64,000 nt of DNA from positions 140,155 through 204,154 of the forward strand of contig NW_008246095.1 in assembly GCF_000281045.1 (NCBI RefSeq), in the 5' to 3' direction. The position numbers and the translations under genes were made by a program. The stretch comes from Saprolegnia diclina VS20. Taxonomy: Eukaryota. Position 1 is the first letter of the stretch; every line of letters begins with the position of its first letter. Of this stretch, positions 36,215 to 48,080 are shown in pieces. The notes beneath the pieces were generated by a model. That model had not been told where the DNA came from, ran no database searches, and saw only the letters and a list, made by a program, of their open reading frames with translations.

Positions 36215-39200
36215 ATGGAGCACTTTCCATTGCTGCCGCTGGGCCTCATTCCTACGCTCGAAAGCCACGTGCTGGCCGACTGCAAGGTCAAGCTGCAAGC
36301 GCTCCTCCAAACGCTCACTGACGACCCGGACGACATGAGCCTCGGTCACGTACGCAACGCATCTCTGGGCCGACACCATGACTTGTTTCTCGATGTATGT
36401 AGTATGTCAAGAAGGAAGTGGCCGTCATTGTGACCGAGATGGAAGACCGACGCGCGCGCCAGCGCATTGCAGATCTCGTTCTGGGGGTAAAGACGACGTC
36501 ACTGGTGGAAATCGGCGCCAAACCTGCCGCTCCGGAGCACATTTCAAAATCCATGGGCCAACATCAGCCAACGCTTGCAAGGGCCCCAGCAGCATCGCCA
36601 ACACGTCCATCGCAACTGACGCCGGCTCAAAATGCACCAACCCACGCCAGCACGCTTCCAGCCACAACCAAGCCGACGGTATCCAAACCGGCGCCATCAG
36701 CAAAGGCTGTTGAGACGACACCCCCCGACGCGTCGTACGGTGCACCTCGTCGGCTCTCGATCAAGGAGATGCTCGCCAAGGCGAAAGCGTCGCGCGTTGC
36801 TGCGAATGACCCAAGCGTGCGCTTCATCATCCAGAACACAGGGTCGCTCAAGCTCAAGAAACGCGGAAGAGCCAAGCCCAAGGCGCCGAAAGAGGAGACG
36901 CCCGAGGAGCGACTTCAAAAGCAAAAAGAACTCCGGCGTCAAGCCGCCCACGACCGCCTCGTTGCACGCCAGGCCAAGATGGCGCTGAAAAAGCAGCAGG
37001 TGCGACGCATGATTGCTTTCTCACGCAAACGGTAACGTTGTAGGAGCTCGCACGCCGCAAGGCACTCAAAGAAGCAGCTATCGCACAGTACCAAGACGAT
37101 GCGTCGAGCGATTCGGCCAGTGACAACGACGCAGCAAGCTCCGACTCGGACGAATACGTCGACGAAGCTGTTCACGAGAGTCCCATCGACCCGTTGCCAG
37201 ACCCAACGCCGCGTGTTGAAGTCGAGACGGACGAGCGCATCACGCGTATCAACAACACGCTGTGCAGCATTCAAGCTGTCGAAAACTTGGCTCGCATCCG
37301 ATCAGCCAAAGCTACGCGTCACGCTGTCGCACCGCTACCCGAAGAGATTCTGTTGCCGACAACCAATGTGATGGCGGCAAAAGCAAACCACGAAGACTCA
37401 GAGACCAGCGAAGCACCAACCACGGACTCGAGTGCACCTTCCGGTTTCGTTTCTCCATCCAAAGTCGACTGCGACAGACCAACGGCGAACAATCTCGAGA
37501 CCCCGTCACCTGCCGTCGGCGAGGACACGGACAATCTACTCGTTTTGAATGAACCGTCCAATGAAGACGGTACTACAAGAGTGGACAACGAGTCGCAGGG
37601 CTCTCCTGCCGCCGCCGACGACGACACGCTCTCGCCCAGTCGCAGCAGCAACAACCGTTGTGACGTCGATTTGACAGAGGGCGACAGCAACGACGACGAC
37701 GACAACGAGATGGAATATGAAGAAGAGGCGCCGCCGTACGTGCCCCCCGTGTACGACAAGGCGACTTTTCACTCGTCGATTCCGATGCAGCTGCTCGAGA
37801 GTGCGTACACGCTCTAGGTCTATCCAACTCACAACCGGCTAGGCGCCTTGGACAAGATGAGAAAGACCCAAGAGACTTTTGCCGCTCCACCGTTACCCGA
37901 GTGGTTCCAGGCACAACGCGAGTCGGTCGAGAAGCTAGTGACCCCGCGTGCGACTCTACCGTCTCCACGACTGGCATCAACCATAGGCCAAGCGCGCCAG
38001 ATCCTAAGCGATCTCGTGGCGAGCCAGAATCAAATCAAATCGTATCAAGCAAGCGTCGAGAGCACGCTAGCGTCCCTCGCGCCGCCGCCGCCGCGTGCAT
38101 TGACACCGGAATTGGCACCGAACGCACTGCGCCCCAAGTCGTCGAAACCGCGGCTCGCACCACGACCCACCGCAGCACGTAACACCACCACCAACCAATC
38201 AAACCAAGAAACGAACGAGCCCACGTTGCGTCGGTCGGCCAAGTCGACGCCGCGTCTGCACGCCAAAGCAGCGCCCGTCTTGCCGCTCGTCCAGTCCATG
38301 CCACCGGCATCGATGGTCGACTACTCGAAATACTACAAGAACTTTCTCTGCATCATGACATCATTTTACGAAAAGTCGTCGACGACCAATCCAAAAGAAG
38401 CCCTTTTGCAAGGCGAGACGGCGCTGCGCTTCCAACTCAAGCTCTACACCATCTGGAAGAACGTCATGCACGACTACGCGACCGTGTTTGGTGTCGACGG
38501 TGCGCCGTCATAAAGCCCATTCAGCTTCTGATGCGTACTCTAGGCTTGCTCAAGACGAGCCGCGCTGCTTCGTACGTGTACGATGGCGCGCAGTCGACGC
38601 CGTTTACTGCACAATATCGTATCAACTCGTCGTCGCGGCTTGAAGTATTTGGGATTGTGGCGCAGGCGCTGAAAAAGGTACTAGGGTTTGTATACGGAAG
38701 AGTATGGACACACCTTGTAGCTGCCCGACTGGGAGGAATTGCCCGTGGACCTTGGTCTGAACACAACGTGGAATCTCTTATGGACGTGGAGCAAGCCCCG
38801 CGTCGATGTACGTATTTCCCGTGTTGCATGACGTCACGACCCGCGTCGTAGCGTCAAACGCTCTTGGTGTGGCAAAAAGTCAACCACTTTGCCGGCGCCA
38901 AAGCCCTCACGCGCAAGGACATGCTCAAGAAAAGCTTACATCGCTACACGGTACAATGACTTCTTTGATACGACGTAGAGTTATAAAAATGGCCTAGTCG
39001 CTCGGTGGCGAACGTCTCAAGAGCTTTGACATTGCCCCCGAGACGTTTATCTTACCAAACGACTACATTCCGTTTGTGCAAGCCTTCAAGAAACGGGGCG
39101 ACGCGATCGGTCAAGCCAAGAACGTCTGGATCATGAAGCCCGTCGCGCTCTCGCGAGGGCGTGGCATCTCGCTCCTCAACGATCTTGGGCAAGTGGCCTA

Positions 39201-40273
39201 CGGCGAAGCCGTCGTCGTGCAAAAGTACATTGAGAACCCGCTCTTGCTCGACGGCTTCAAGGTCCGCTGTCGACCATTTTTATTCGTTTTTATTGCACTC
39301 GAGGATGGCTAGTTTGACTTGCGGCTCTACGTTTTGGTCACGTCCTTCAACCCGCTCGAGGTAGCTTTGCGTCGAATGTCGAAATGACAATGATGTCCGC
39401 CGACGTAGGCCTTCTTCTACCAAGAGGGCTTTGTGCGCATTTGTACGCACCGCTACTCGACCGACGCGACCGACATCAACGATCTCTTCATGCACCTCAC
39501 CAACAGCAGCATTCAGAAATACGGCGACATGGACCAAGTCACGTACGCTCTTATCCTTGGACCGACTTGTCGAGAGAAGGAAATCAATGTTCGGGTGTAG
39601 CGACAACCCCGTCAACAATGCCTCCACGACCGAAGCCGGTGGCACGAAAGCGAGGTACGCTGGAATCGATGTCAACATGAAACACACACGCTAATGGTAC
39701 AGCTTGGCGTATCTCTGGTCGCGGCTCGCGGCCGTCCACGCCCCTGTGGAGAAAATCAAAGAAGACATCATCCACGTCATCCTCAAGTCGCTCGTGGCCG
39801 GCGAGGACGCGATTCCGTACCAAGTCAATTCGTTTGACGTGTTTGGCTACGACATTTTACTCGACGAGGCGTACCGGCCGTGGCTCATCGAGATCAACTC
39901 GTCGCCGTCCATGGCGCGCGAAAACAACTTGGATTACGTCATCAAGGACGCGCTCATGCACGACACGATGCGCGTGGTGCAACCGCTGCACTTTGATCGC
40001 GCGGCACTCATCGCAATCCTCCAGCGCCGATTGGACGACATTGCCAAGGAGCGCAAACGCCCCAATTTGCTCCACCCGCTCGAGGCCGAAGAGCGGACAA
40101 AGCGCCAGCTGAACGCGGATCTGCACGATATTTTGCACGGCGCCGTGCCCCGCGACTACGGCGAGCTCCCGGACGAGCTCGGGAACTTTCTTCGCATTGC
40201 GCCGAGTCCATGGCACAACACGGTCATGAAGCTCAAGCGCAGTTGCTTTCGCGACAAGCCACCCAAGACATAG
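36215..40273 (+). CDS. Tubulin-tyrosine ligase-like (TTLL) glutamylase with long low-complexity N-terminal extension; multi-exon
   Basis: TTL core: QKVNHF..LTRKD, PETFILP, WIMKPVALSRGRGI, VVQKYIENPLLLDGFK, FDLRLYVLVTS, HLTNSSIQK, FDVFGYDILLD..PWLIEINSSPS. N-terminal exons join in frame via introns 36350-36402, 37000-37043, 37801-37842 and 38500-38543. Confidence 0.92.
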
Positions 40274-40298
40274 TTGAGTGGATAATATAGTGAACGTC

Positions 40299-40937
40299 TC
40301 AGTCGCACGCATCTTCGTCGCTAAAATACGCATCTTGCTTGAGCTGTTTGCGAGGCCGCGCGGTTGGCGACGCAGGCGGCTTGGCGTCGTACGCGAGCGT
40401 GGCAACACCAATGTCCCTACACATGTACGCGTGTCAAAGCATCGGACAGCGTTGCCATCCATACGTCGCGTCCATATCGAAAAACACCTCGGCTTCGCCC
40501 GACTCAAACTTGGTGCGGCGCTTTGTGGTCTTCTTCTTGGGCTTCTCGCGCGCGCCGAGCACATTGCGCGGGCAGTCGTACGAGTAGTGGCCGCCGCCTT
40601 GGCACTCAAAACACACTTTTTTCGCAGAGTACTTGCGCTTCTTGATAAACTCGGTGGACCGACCATTGTCCTTGGAAATCGAACAGTGGAGCGTGAACGA
40701 CTCGAGCGGTACGTTGTGCATGGCGGCGCACGCGCGCGCGCAGTCGGCGGGCTGGGCAAACTGGACAAAGGCCACACCACGGCTCGCCCGCGTCTCTCGA
40801 TCGCGGAGGATCGTCACGCGCGCGATCTTGCCAAAGCCCGTAAAGAGCTGCGCGACGTCATTGTTCGTGTACGCGTACGGCAACATCGACACGTACAGCG
40901 TCGACTTGGACGGGCAGTACCCACCCTCGTCGGCCAT
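40299..40937 (-). CDS. ZCRB1: U11/U12 snRNP 31K protein (RRM plus CCHC zinc knuckle); 2 exons
   Basis: PSKSTLYVSMLP..TNND, RASRGVAFVQF, SISKDNGRSTEFIKKRKY, CFECQGGGHYSYDCPRNVLGAREKP. Intron 40417-40464 yields the C-terminal YFSDED motif. Confidence 0.93.
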
Positions 40938-40983
40938 GTCGTGGAAAATGCAATTTGATGTTGCGTGCAACTAGCCATGTGCT

Positions 40984-40993
40984 TATCCGGATA
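40984..40993. promoter_or_regulatory. Palindromic TATCCGGATA in the 85-bp head-to-head interval between ZCRB1 and DNAAF6
   Basis: Perfect palindrome between divergent ATGs at 40937 and 41023. Confidence 0.55.
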
Positions 40994-41022
40994 GCTGGTG
41001 GATCTTCTACAGACGCAAACTC

Positions 41023-41765
41023 ATGACGGCCTACAACGACCTGCTCGCGCTCAGCGACCTCCTGCGCCACGACAACGACGCCGATGACGACGAGCGCTAC
41101 GACGTACGTGACGCCAGGGTGCTGTAGACTGAGTGGCAAATATGTAGAAGCACCCGTCCGTGACGCCGTCGACGATCGCAGCGCAGCCACTGCCACGAGG
41201 TCGCCTCCCATGTTGTCAACAGCTTCGGCAGCGTGTTGGTATGTAGACGCCATGCTTCGGCCCATTGGCCAGATCAAGCAGAAGGACCCGAAAGCCATCT
41301 GGGACGACGACGAGGTATTGAGCGATGCGGAAGACGACGACGAAGGCGATGCTCGCAAGCGCCCCAGGTACAATGCGTGGCGAACACCCCACTCATGATG
41401 GCGCAGACACGAGATTCTTTACAAGCAAGACGTCATGACGGAAGATGTGTTTTTGGGCCTCGGTGACAAGGACCCGTCGACGGCCCACTGCGACGCCATC
41501 GTCGTCAAGATCCATTTTCCGGGCCACAAGCGCCGCGAAATCGACCTCGACGTCAAGGCGCAAAAGCTCGTGGCCCAGTCGTCCAAGCTGTACGACGCCA
41601 CGAATGATCGAAAGACGTAGTCATGTGATGGATATGTATTTGTGTAGAAAGCTCTCGACGTACCTTCCGCACCCCGTCCAGTACAAGGAGGGAAAAGCGA
41701 CATGGGACCCCAAGACGGAAATGTTGCTCGTGACGCTCCCCATTATCCGTGACAACGAGTGGTAA
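41023..41765 (+). CDS. DNAAF6: Dynein axonemal assembly factor 6 (PIH1D3/Twister); multi-exon
   Basis: IWDDDEV, EILYKQDVMTEDVFLGLGDKDPSTAHCDAIVVKI, LPHPVQYKEGKATWD..LLVTLP. Confidence 0.88.
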
Positions 41766-41916
41766 ATTCGATTTGAACACGATATCGACGTGCTCTGCTC
41801 GTACTGATTTGCCAGCCGCAAGTAAACTTCATTTGGTACACCGAGGAAGACGATCGAAGGTGGCTTAAATGCGCCTGGCTTGTACAGTTCACTTTCATTT
41901 TCGAGTCCCACTGAAG

Positions 41917-42930
41917 ATGTCGTTCGTCGCTTTGCTCTCCGCGCCCATCGCCGGCTACTTACCCATGACGTCGAGCCGCCGCGCACCCTTGGCCACGTCG
42001 GCTGCCAAGTGGGACGCCCGCTACTCGCACGCGGTGCCGCACGACGCTTTGTACTACGGTAAGTGCATGATCGGCGGCATCCTCTCGTGCGGTCTTACGC
42101 ACATGCTCGTTGGACGTCGTCAAGACCAACATGCAGGTCTTTCCGGGCAAGTACAATGCCCTTGTCCAGGGCATCAAGCTCGTCGCTATCGAGGAAGGTG
42201 CTTCAGCCCTCTTCAAGGGCTGGGCGCCCACGGCCATCGGCTACTCGGCCCAGGGCTTCTGCAAGTTCGGCTTTTACGAAATCTTCAATGATTTCTACTC
42301 GACGCTCGCTGGCGAGGAGAATGCCTACAAGTACCGTGGCATGATCTTCTTGGCTGGTTCGGCCTCGGCTGAGTTTATCGCCGATGTTGCCCTCTGCCCC
42401 ATGGAAATGGTCAAGGTGAAGGTNNNNNNNNNNNNNNNNNNNNNNNNNNNNNNNNNNNNNNNNNNNNNNNNNNNNNNNNNNNNNNNNNNNNNNNNNNNNN
42501 NNNNNNNNNNNNNNNNNNNNNNNNNNNNNNNNNNNNNNNNNNNNNNNNNNNNNNNNNNNNNNNNNNNNNNNNNNNNNNNNNNNNNNNNNNNNNNNNNNNN
42601 NNNNNNNNNNNNNNNNNNNNNNNNNNNNNNNNNNNNNNNNNNNNNNNNNNNNNNNNNNNNNNNNNNNNNNNNNNNNNNNNNNNNNNNNNNNNNNNNNNNN
42701 NNNNNNNNNNNNNNNNNNNNNNNNNNNNNNNNNNNNNNNNNNNNNNNNNNNNNGGCCTCGGCCAGATTGCCTCGGAGACCGGCTTCGCCAACCTCGCCAC
42801 GAAGGGCCTCGGCACGCGTATCATCATGATTGGTACGCTTACGGGTCTCCAGTGGTGGATCTACGACTCGTTCAAGTCGGCGCTTGGCATGGGCACTGCT
42901 GGTGGTGTTGCGAAGAATATTGGAGAATAA
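41917..42930 (+). CDS. SLC25A3: Mitochondrial phosphate carrier (SLC25A3/MIR1-like); frameshifted at ~42109 and interrupted by a gap
   Basis: GGILSCGLTH, KGWAPTAIGYSAQGFCKFGFYE, ASAEFIADVALCPMEMVKVK. After the gap: KGLGTRIIMIGTLTGLQWWIYDSFK. Confidence 0.88.
42424..42753. other. Assembly gap (N run)
   Basis: Run of n. Confidence 1.
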
Positions 42931-43067
42931 ATATTCATTCAATCTCGAGCTTGCTAGATTGTCTCATACGCACGATATACATGTAATACGAGGAAACGAG
43001 CGGTCAGAGCACATCATTGAATGTAGTTTAATGGACCACACTATAGTCTCTCGAGTTCTACGCCACA

Positions 43068-44205
43068 TTATCGAATCACCTCGCCGTTCAAGAAGCTTTT
43101 GGTCGCCTCGTAGACACCAAACGAGATGCCCGTGTTGGGCACGGTGCTCATCATGCGGATTATCGATCCTTTCCAGAGCAGTCGAAGGCCTTCTTCCGCG
43201 ATCGACCGTTGGAGGCAGTGTACAATACCACGGTACACTTGGTTGTTGCCTACATGCTCAGAGAGATCACGTGATTTGACAGCCGAACGCGCGCACCTTG
43301 CACCATGAGGCGCAGCGTCACGACGTCCAAGGGGTTAGTCAGCACCGCGGCGCCAGCCCCAGACACGGCACCAATGGCAATCGTCTCGGCCGTGGTTGGC
43401 AACCGATCCAACTTGGTCCTACACATCACACCGTGACTCCATATGCTCGATTCGATCGTGCTACGTGAATTGCTTCTTGAGTGCCTCGTAAAACACAAAG
43501 CAAAAGCCGGCAAAGGACGCTTCAATGGCCAGACAGGCCGTGTAGCCCGAGTAGAGCCCGCGCACACCTACACCAACTCGGTTTCGGATACTGTGCGAGA
43601 TGGCGCTGTACCTTCCGTACGCACAATGGACGAGACGGCATGGAAGGTGCCGCGGTAGTTGGTCGAGTGCTTGGACATATCGCCGGTCGCAAGCTGCGGA
43701 TTGGCGCCCATCTGCATCCGGGACTTGATGACTTCGCTCGGTATGTTGGTCGCCGAGCTGCAGAATTCGCTAAAGCACCCGGCAGCAAAATGCGCGACGG
43801 GCGCTTGCTCTGGCGGCACGACCGACACGAGCTAATGATATCTAAGTATTTTGATTCATGCATAAACGGGGGACGTACACACGATTTGCCGACTTCGTAC
43901 GCAGCATAATAGATGCCTGTGTTGATCGGTGCCATCATGAGCGTCGTCCCGAGGCCGCCAAAGAGCCCCCGGACGCCCTCTTCGCGCACAATGGTCTTCC
44001 ACGTTGGCCAAATGACCGTGTACTTGGGTGTATCCGCGACCTGCACTTTGATGCGCAAGTTGATCGTGTCGAACGGCAGCAAAATTGAATCCGTGACGGC
44101 GCCAGCGACCGAGCCCGAGACCAAGTTGGCCAAAAATACGGTCAACGCACTGGGCACCGCGCGCGGAAGCGGCACGAGTGTATCGATGCTCTCTTGCTTC
44201 TGCAT
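43068..44205 (-). CDS. Mitochondrial carrier (SLC25) family protein, paralog A; multi-exon
   Basis: Three carrier repeats: PFDTINLRIKVQ..EEGVRGLFGG, PSEVIKSRMQ..YRGTFHAV, PLDVVTLRLMVQ..EEGLRLLWKG. Confidence 0.9.
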
Positions 44206-45032
44206 TCAATAATGCCAAACCAGCGGTCAAGAATAAACCACGCAGCATCGCCGCTCGTTATTGCAGTGGCTGGATAATACCTATGTGAATGCATATACTG
44301 TTGAAAAGCATATGTGCCGGCCCACAAACCTCTGGTAAATGCGCTTTAAAACCTCGCATTATAAATCATACCTCTTGAAAATGATACACGAGAGTGAGAC
44401 GGCGTGGGCCAGTTACGAGTGCGCTGAGTGGCAGTTTCGGAAGGCAAATGACAACCATCGCTCGACCGTTCGTCGTTCAACGCCATTCAGTGCACGTGCT
44501 TGGGCTGCTCCATATTTACTGCCAGTGATCCACAAATGTATAGGAAAGGAAAATGCATACCTTGGACACCAGCGGCCAAACCAGTGCCAGGATCAAGCAC
44601 AAGCACAGCTATTTCAGCCATAGTTGAACCACGTCATTTAGCCTTATTTCATGGTGAATGCTCGATCGTGTTGGAGAAGTTGGAGATGTTGGAGATTCAT
44701 GAGCAGCCTCATCCCGAAAACCAAGCCCCAAGTCCATTCACGTCGTATTCTTGCGAAATCACTAACTTTTAGAGGCTACTGAAGTATTTCGGGGTGATCG
44801 CTTGCCACAGCCAGTAGCTACACCGGCGCTTCTTCCGAGATGGGTGCTTCCAGGCTACCTTCCAAGCAAGTTGGCAGGGGCCATCGCAAGGTCATGTCCG
44901 GATCCGGGTCGTTGCCTTCTTTTTATTTTTGGCGCGTGCCACATTTACCACATGACACGATGGACCAATCACTGGCGCGCGCTCACTACCGTGTCATTTG
45001 GTTGGTGCCCGCAAAAATCATCATCCCGCGGC

Positions 45033-47601
45033 ATGGCGAACCTCAAGGGCGGCAAGGCGGGGCAGAAGAAGAAGCCGGGCGACTTTAAGCGGCCCAAGCG
45101 CAAGGTCGGGCGCAAGGTCACGCCGTCCAACGTCACGAATGCGAGCATCACGTCCCGGCGCATCAACATCACGGAGCAGAGCGTGCTCCAGGACAAGACG
45201 GGCGCGGCCGTGACCCATCGCAACCAGACGCTCCAGGACATCCTCTCCAAGATGTCGCATTACAACGCGCACGTCCGCCGCGACGCGCTCTTTGCGCTCA
45301 AGGAGCTCGTGGGCTTGCACGGCATGACGCTCGTCACCAACGTCGGCATCGTCGTCGAGCGCGTGCTGCAGGCCATGATGGACGACGAAGCCGTGGTCCG
45401 CGAGGCGTGCGTCGGCGCCTGGAAAAGCTGTCTCGGCAGCTTGACGTTGACCAAGTCCGAGTCGGTGCTCGAGCCGTTCACGTCTTTGATTGCAGTGTAT
45501 TTCTGCAGTGGCCTCACGCATATCAAGGCCGGCGTCCGCGAAGACGCGCTCGAGCACATCGATGCGCTCCTTGATCTCCCAGTGTGTGCGAACCTCCTCG
45601 CGCGCTGCCTCTCGGCCGACCAGTGCGGCCAGCTGCTCGAGAACCTCAAGGACCTCGTGTCGCCCAAGCAAACGACCGTGCAGGTCAAGAACTCGTACTC
45701 GCTCTTGGCCGAGCGCAACAAGGCTAAGCAGGCGCAGCTCCAGACACAGGTGCTCAAAGGTCGCTTCTTTGCGGTCGCGGCCGCCCACAAGTTTCTTCGT
45801 GCACTCGCGGCCCAGACGCCGTCGACCACCTTGCCGGCAGCGACAAGCGCATCGGTCCCGTCGCATGCCGCCAGTGGCACAATCCTCCTCTTTCCAGCGC
45901 CGCAGTTTGTGGGGTGGAGCCCGACGCCGGCATCGGCGGTGCAGAATGCCAACACGACCGCCTCGGCGGCGTCGTGGGCGAATAAGGCCGTGACGCTCCT
46001 CCGCGCCCTCCTCGCGCTTTGGATGGAAGCCCACGACGAGCGCGCCAACTTGAGCCAAGAGGCGCTCATGCACATGGTGCTGATCGCGGACTGCGCGACG
46101 ATGCTCGTGCGCGAAGCCTCGGCGTACATAGACGGTCCGACGATGAAGGCATTCCAGTCGGCGTTTTTTGAAGATTTTCCCAAAGCGTCGCCGGATCCGC
46201 TCCGCATCGACATTGCAACGCTCCACCATTGGAACGCGCTCAACTTGGCGATGGCGCAATTTGGCGTCGAGTGCCTCCGCACCGGCGCGGCGCTGCCGGG
46301 CGTCAACCTCGACGAGATGATTGCGATGTTTCTGGCCGCCGAGTTGAAGGAGCTGCAAGCGGACAAGGAGTCGTCGACGATCGCGCACTCGGCCAGCTCG
46401 ATGAAGACGCGGCTCGACATTCTCTTGTTGCTGCTCGAGCGCCAGCCGCACCCGTCGCTCCTCGATTCGTTTACATCACTTTACAAGGCGGCGGCGCCGC
46501 AGTCGGCCATGTTCCGCACCTGCACGGCGTTCGTGCTGCAGTACTTGACGCCGACGCTCAACGCCGCCCCGAGCACGCCGGTACGCCTTTGATTTTCTTT
46601 GCGTCAAACCTCATGCGGAAGCCTAGCTGGAATGGGACCTGATCTTGACGTGGATGGAGCAACTGGGCCACTTTTTGCAGCTGCCGCACGCCGAAGCGCA
46701 CCACGATGCGACGCTGGCCAAGGTGTTTCGCGTCTGCATTGCAATCCTCAAGCGTCTTCCAGAGTCGTCCCATGCGTCGCCGGCCCTCGCGTCGTGGCTC
46801 TCGCGCGTCATGGCGTTCTTTACCGAGACGACCGAGACCAACTGGGTCGGTAGCATGTCGCCATTGACGCAAATCGAAGCGGCGTCGTGCCTCTACCACC
46901 TCCCGTCGTTCCCGCCCGCGTTTCTGAAGACGCTCGCGCTGTGCTGCAAGTCGCCGGGCGTCAGCATCGACGCCAAGTCGTTCCTCGTGGACATTGTTGC
47001 CAAGCACGAAGCGCGGTTTGAACGCGGTGCGCTCTTGAGTTTCTACCTCAGTACGCTCTTTGCTCCGACGAACCAAGCCATTGCTGCCCAAGTGTGCCGC
47101 GTCCTCACGTGGATGTCGCTCGGTGCGTCGCTCTCGTCGATCCTCGCGCCAATTCTCTCCAAGCAGTCACTCGACGACCATGCGCTGCCCCTCGTCCTCG
47201 CCTACGTGGCGTGCCTCCGCTCCAGTACGATTGTGTTCCGCAAGGCGGGCCAAGAGCTCGAGAAGCGACCTGTGCCCGACGTGCTCCGAGCCCAGGTCAC
47301 GAGTGTCTTTGCGCACGTGCTGACGGCGCCGGCGCCAACGTCGCTTCTGCTTCCGCAGGTCGTCGACGGTCTCCTCTACTGCAACGGTGCCTTCGTCGAC
47401 CTTGCAAGTCACTTTTTCAGCGCCCAGTCGTTGACCGACGCGCTGGGCCTGTTCCGGGAAGCGCGCTTGCGTCCGCTCGTGCTGCTGTACAAGATCGAGC
47501 TGCAAGCGTTGGTGGCGGATGTCGACGAAGCGACTGCCGACGCTAATGTCGTGCGCCAGATTCGAAACGAGCTCCAGCTCATCACCAAGGACGTTGCGTA
47601 A
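45033..47601 (+). CDS. TEX10: Pre-rRNA processing protein TEX10/Ipi1 (Rix1 complex); 2 exons
   Basis: DFKRPKRKVGRK..SNVTNASITSRRINITEQ, LSKMSHYNAHVRRDAL, GLTHIKAGVREDAL. Intron 46581-46626. Confidence 0.9.
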
Positions 47602-48080
47602 ACGGTACATTTGTCCAACCAACGTCACTCGACCGCACCCTGCCATTGAATAGTATCTTTATTTCTTCGCCATATTCTCTGTTGAAGTAGAAAAGACACC
47701 TTGTCTGTCGACACCAGACTCGACACCATAGTATCGCGAGTGTCGGCGCCACTAATATAAAGCTCTCTCTCTATAGTACGTAGTTCTCTATCGACGATCC
47801 CGAAGTTGTACCACAGCAACGCTCTCGCGATTCCATTCGCACTTGCTTCTTCTTTTCGATCCAGGAACGCAAAGGAGCGGCTTCGAGGACGTGTGTGGCT
47901 CTCGCTTGTGGCTCCTCGAGAAGGTCCAGCGTGTCACGCACCCATATCTTGCTTTCCCGAGGACGAAGTAAGTGGTGCCAAAGTGCAAAATCATGTTTCA
48001 CGGGTATTCTTTCCTACAGGTCTTATTCGCCATATACTTGGACTAAAGAAGAATGATAACATCCATTCCTACGGTATATC

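Noticed and set aside
45021..46451. 476-aa minus-strand ORF
   Set aside because: Antisense shadow of TEX10.
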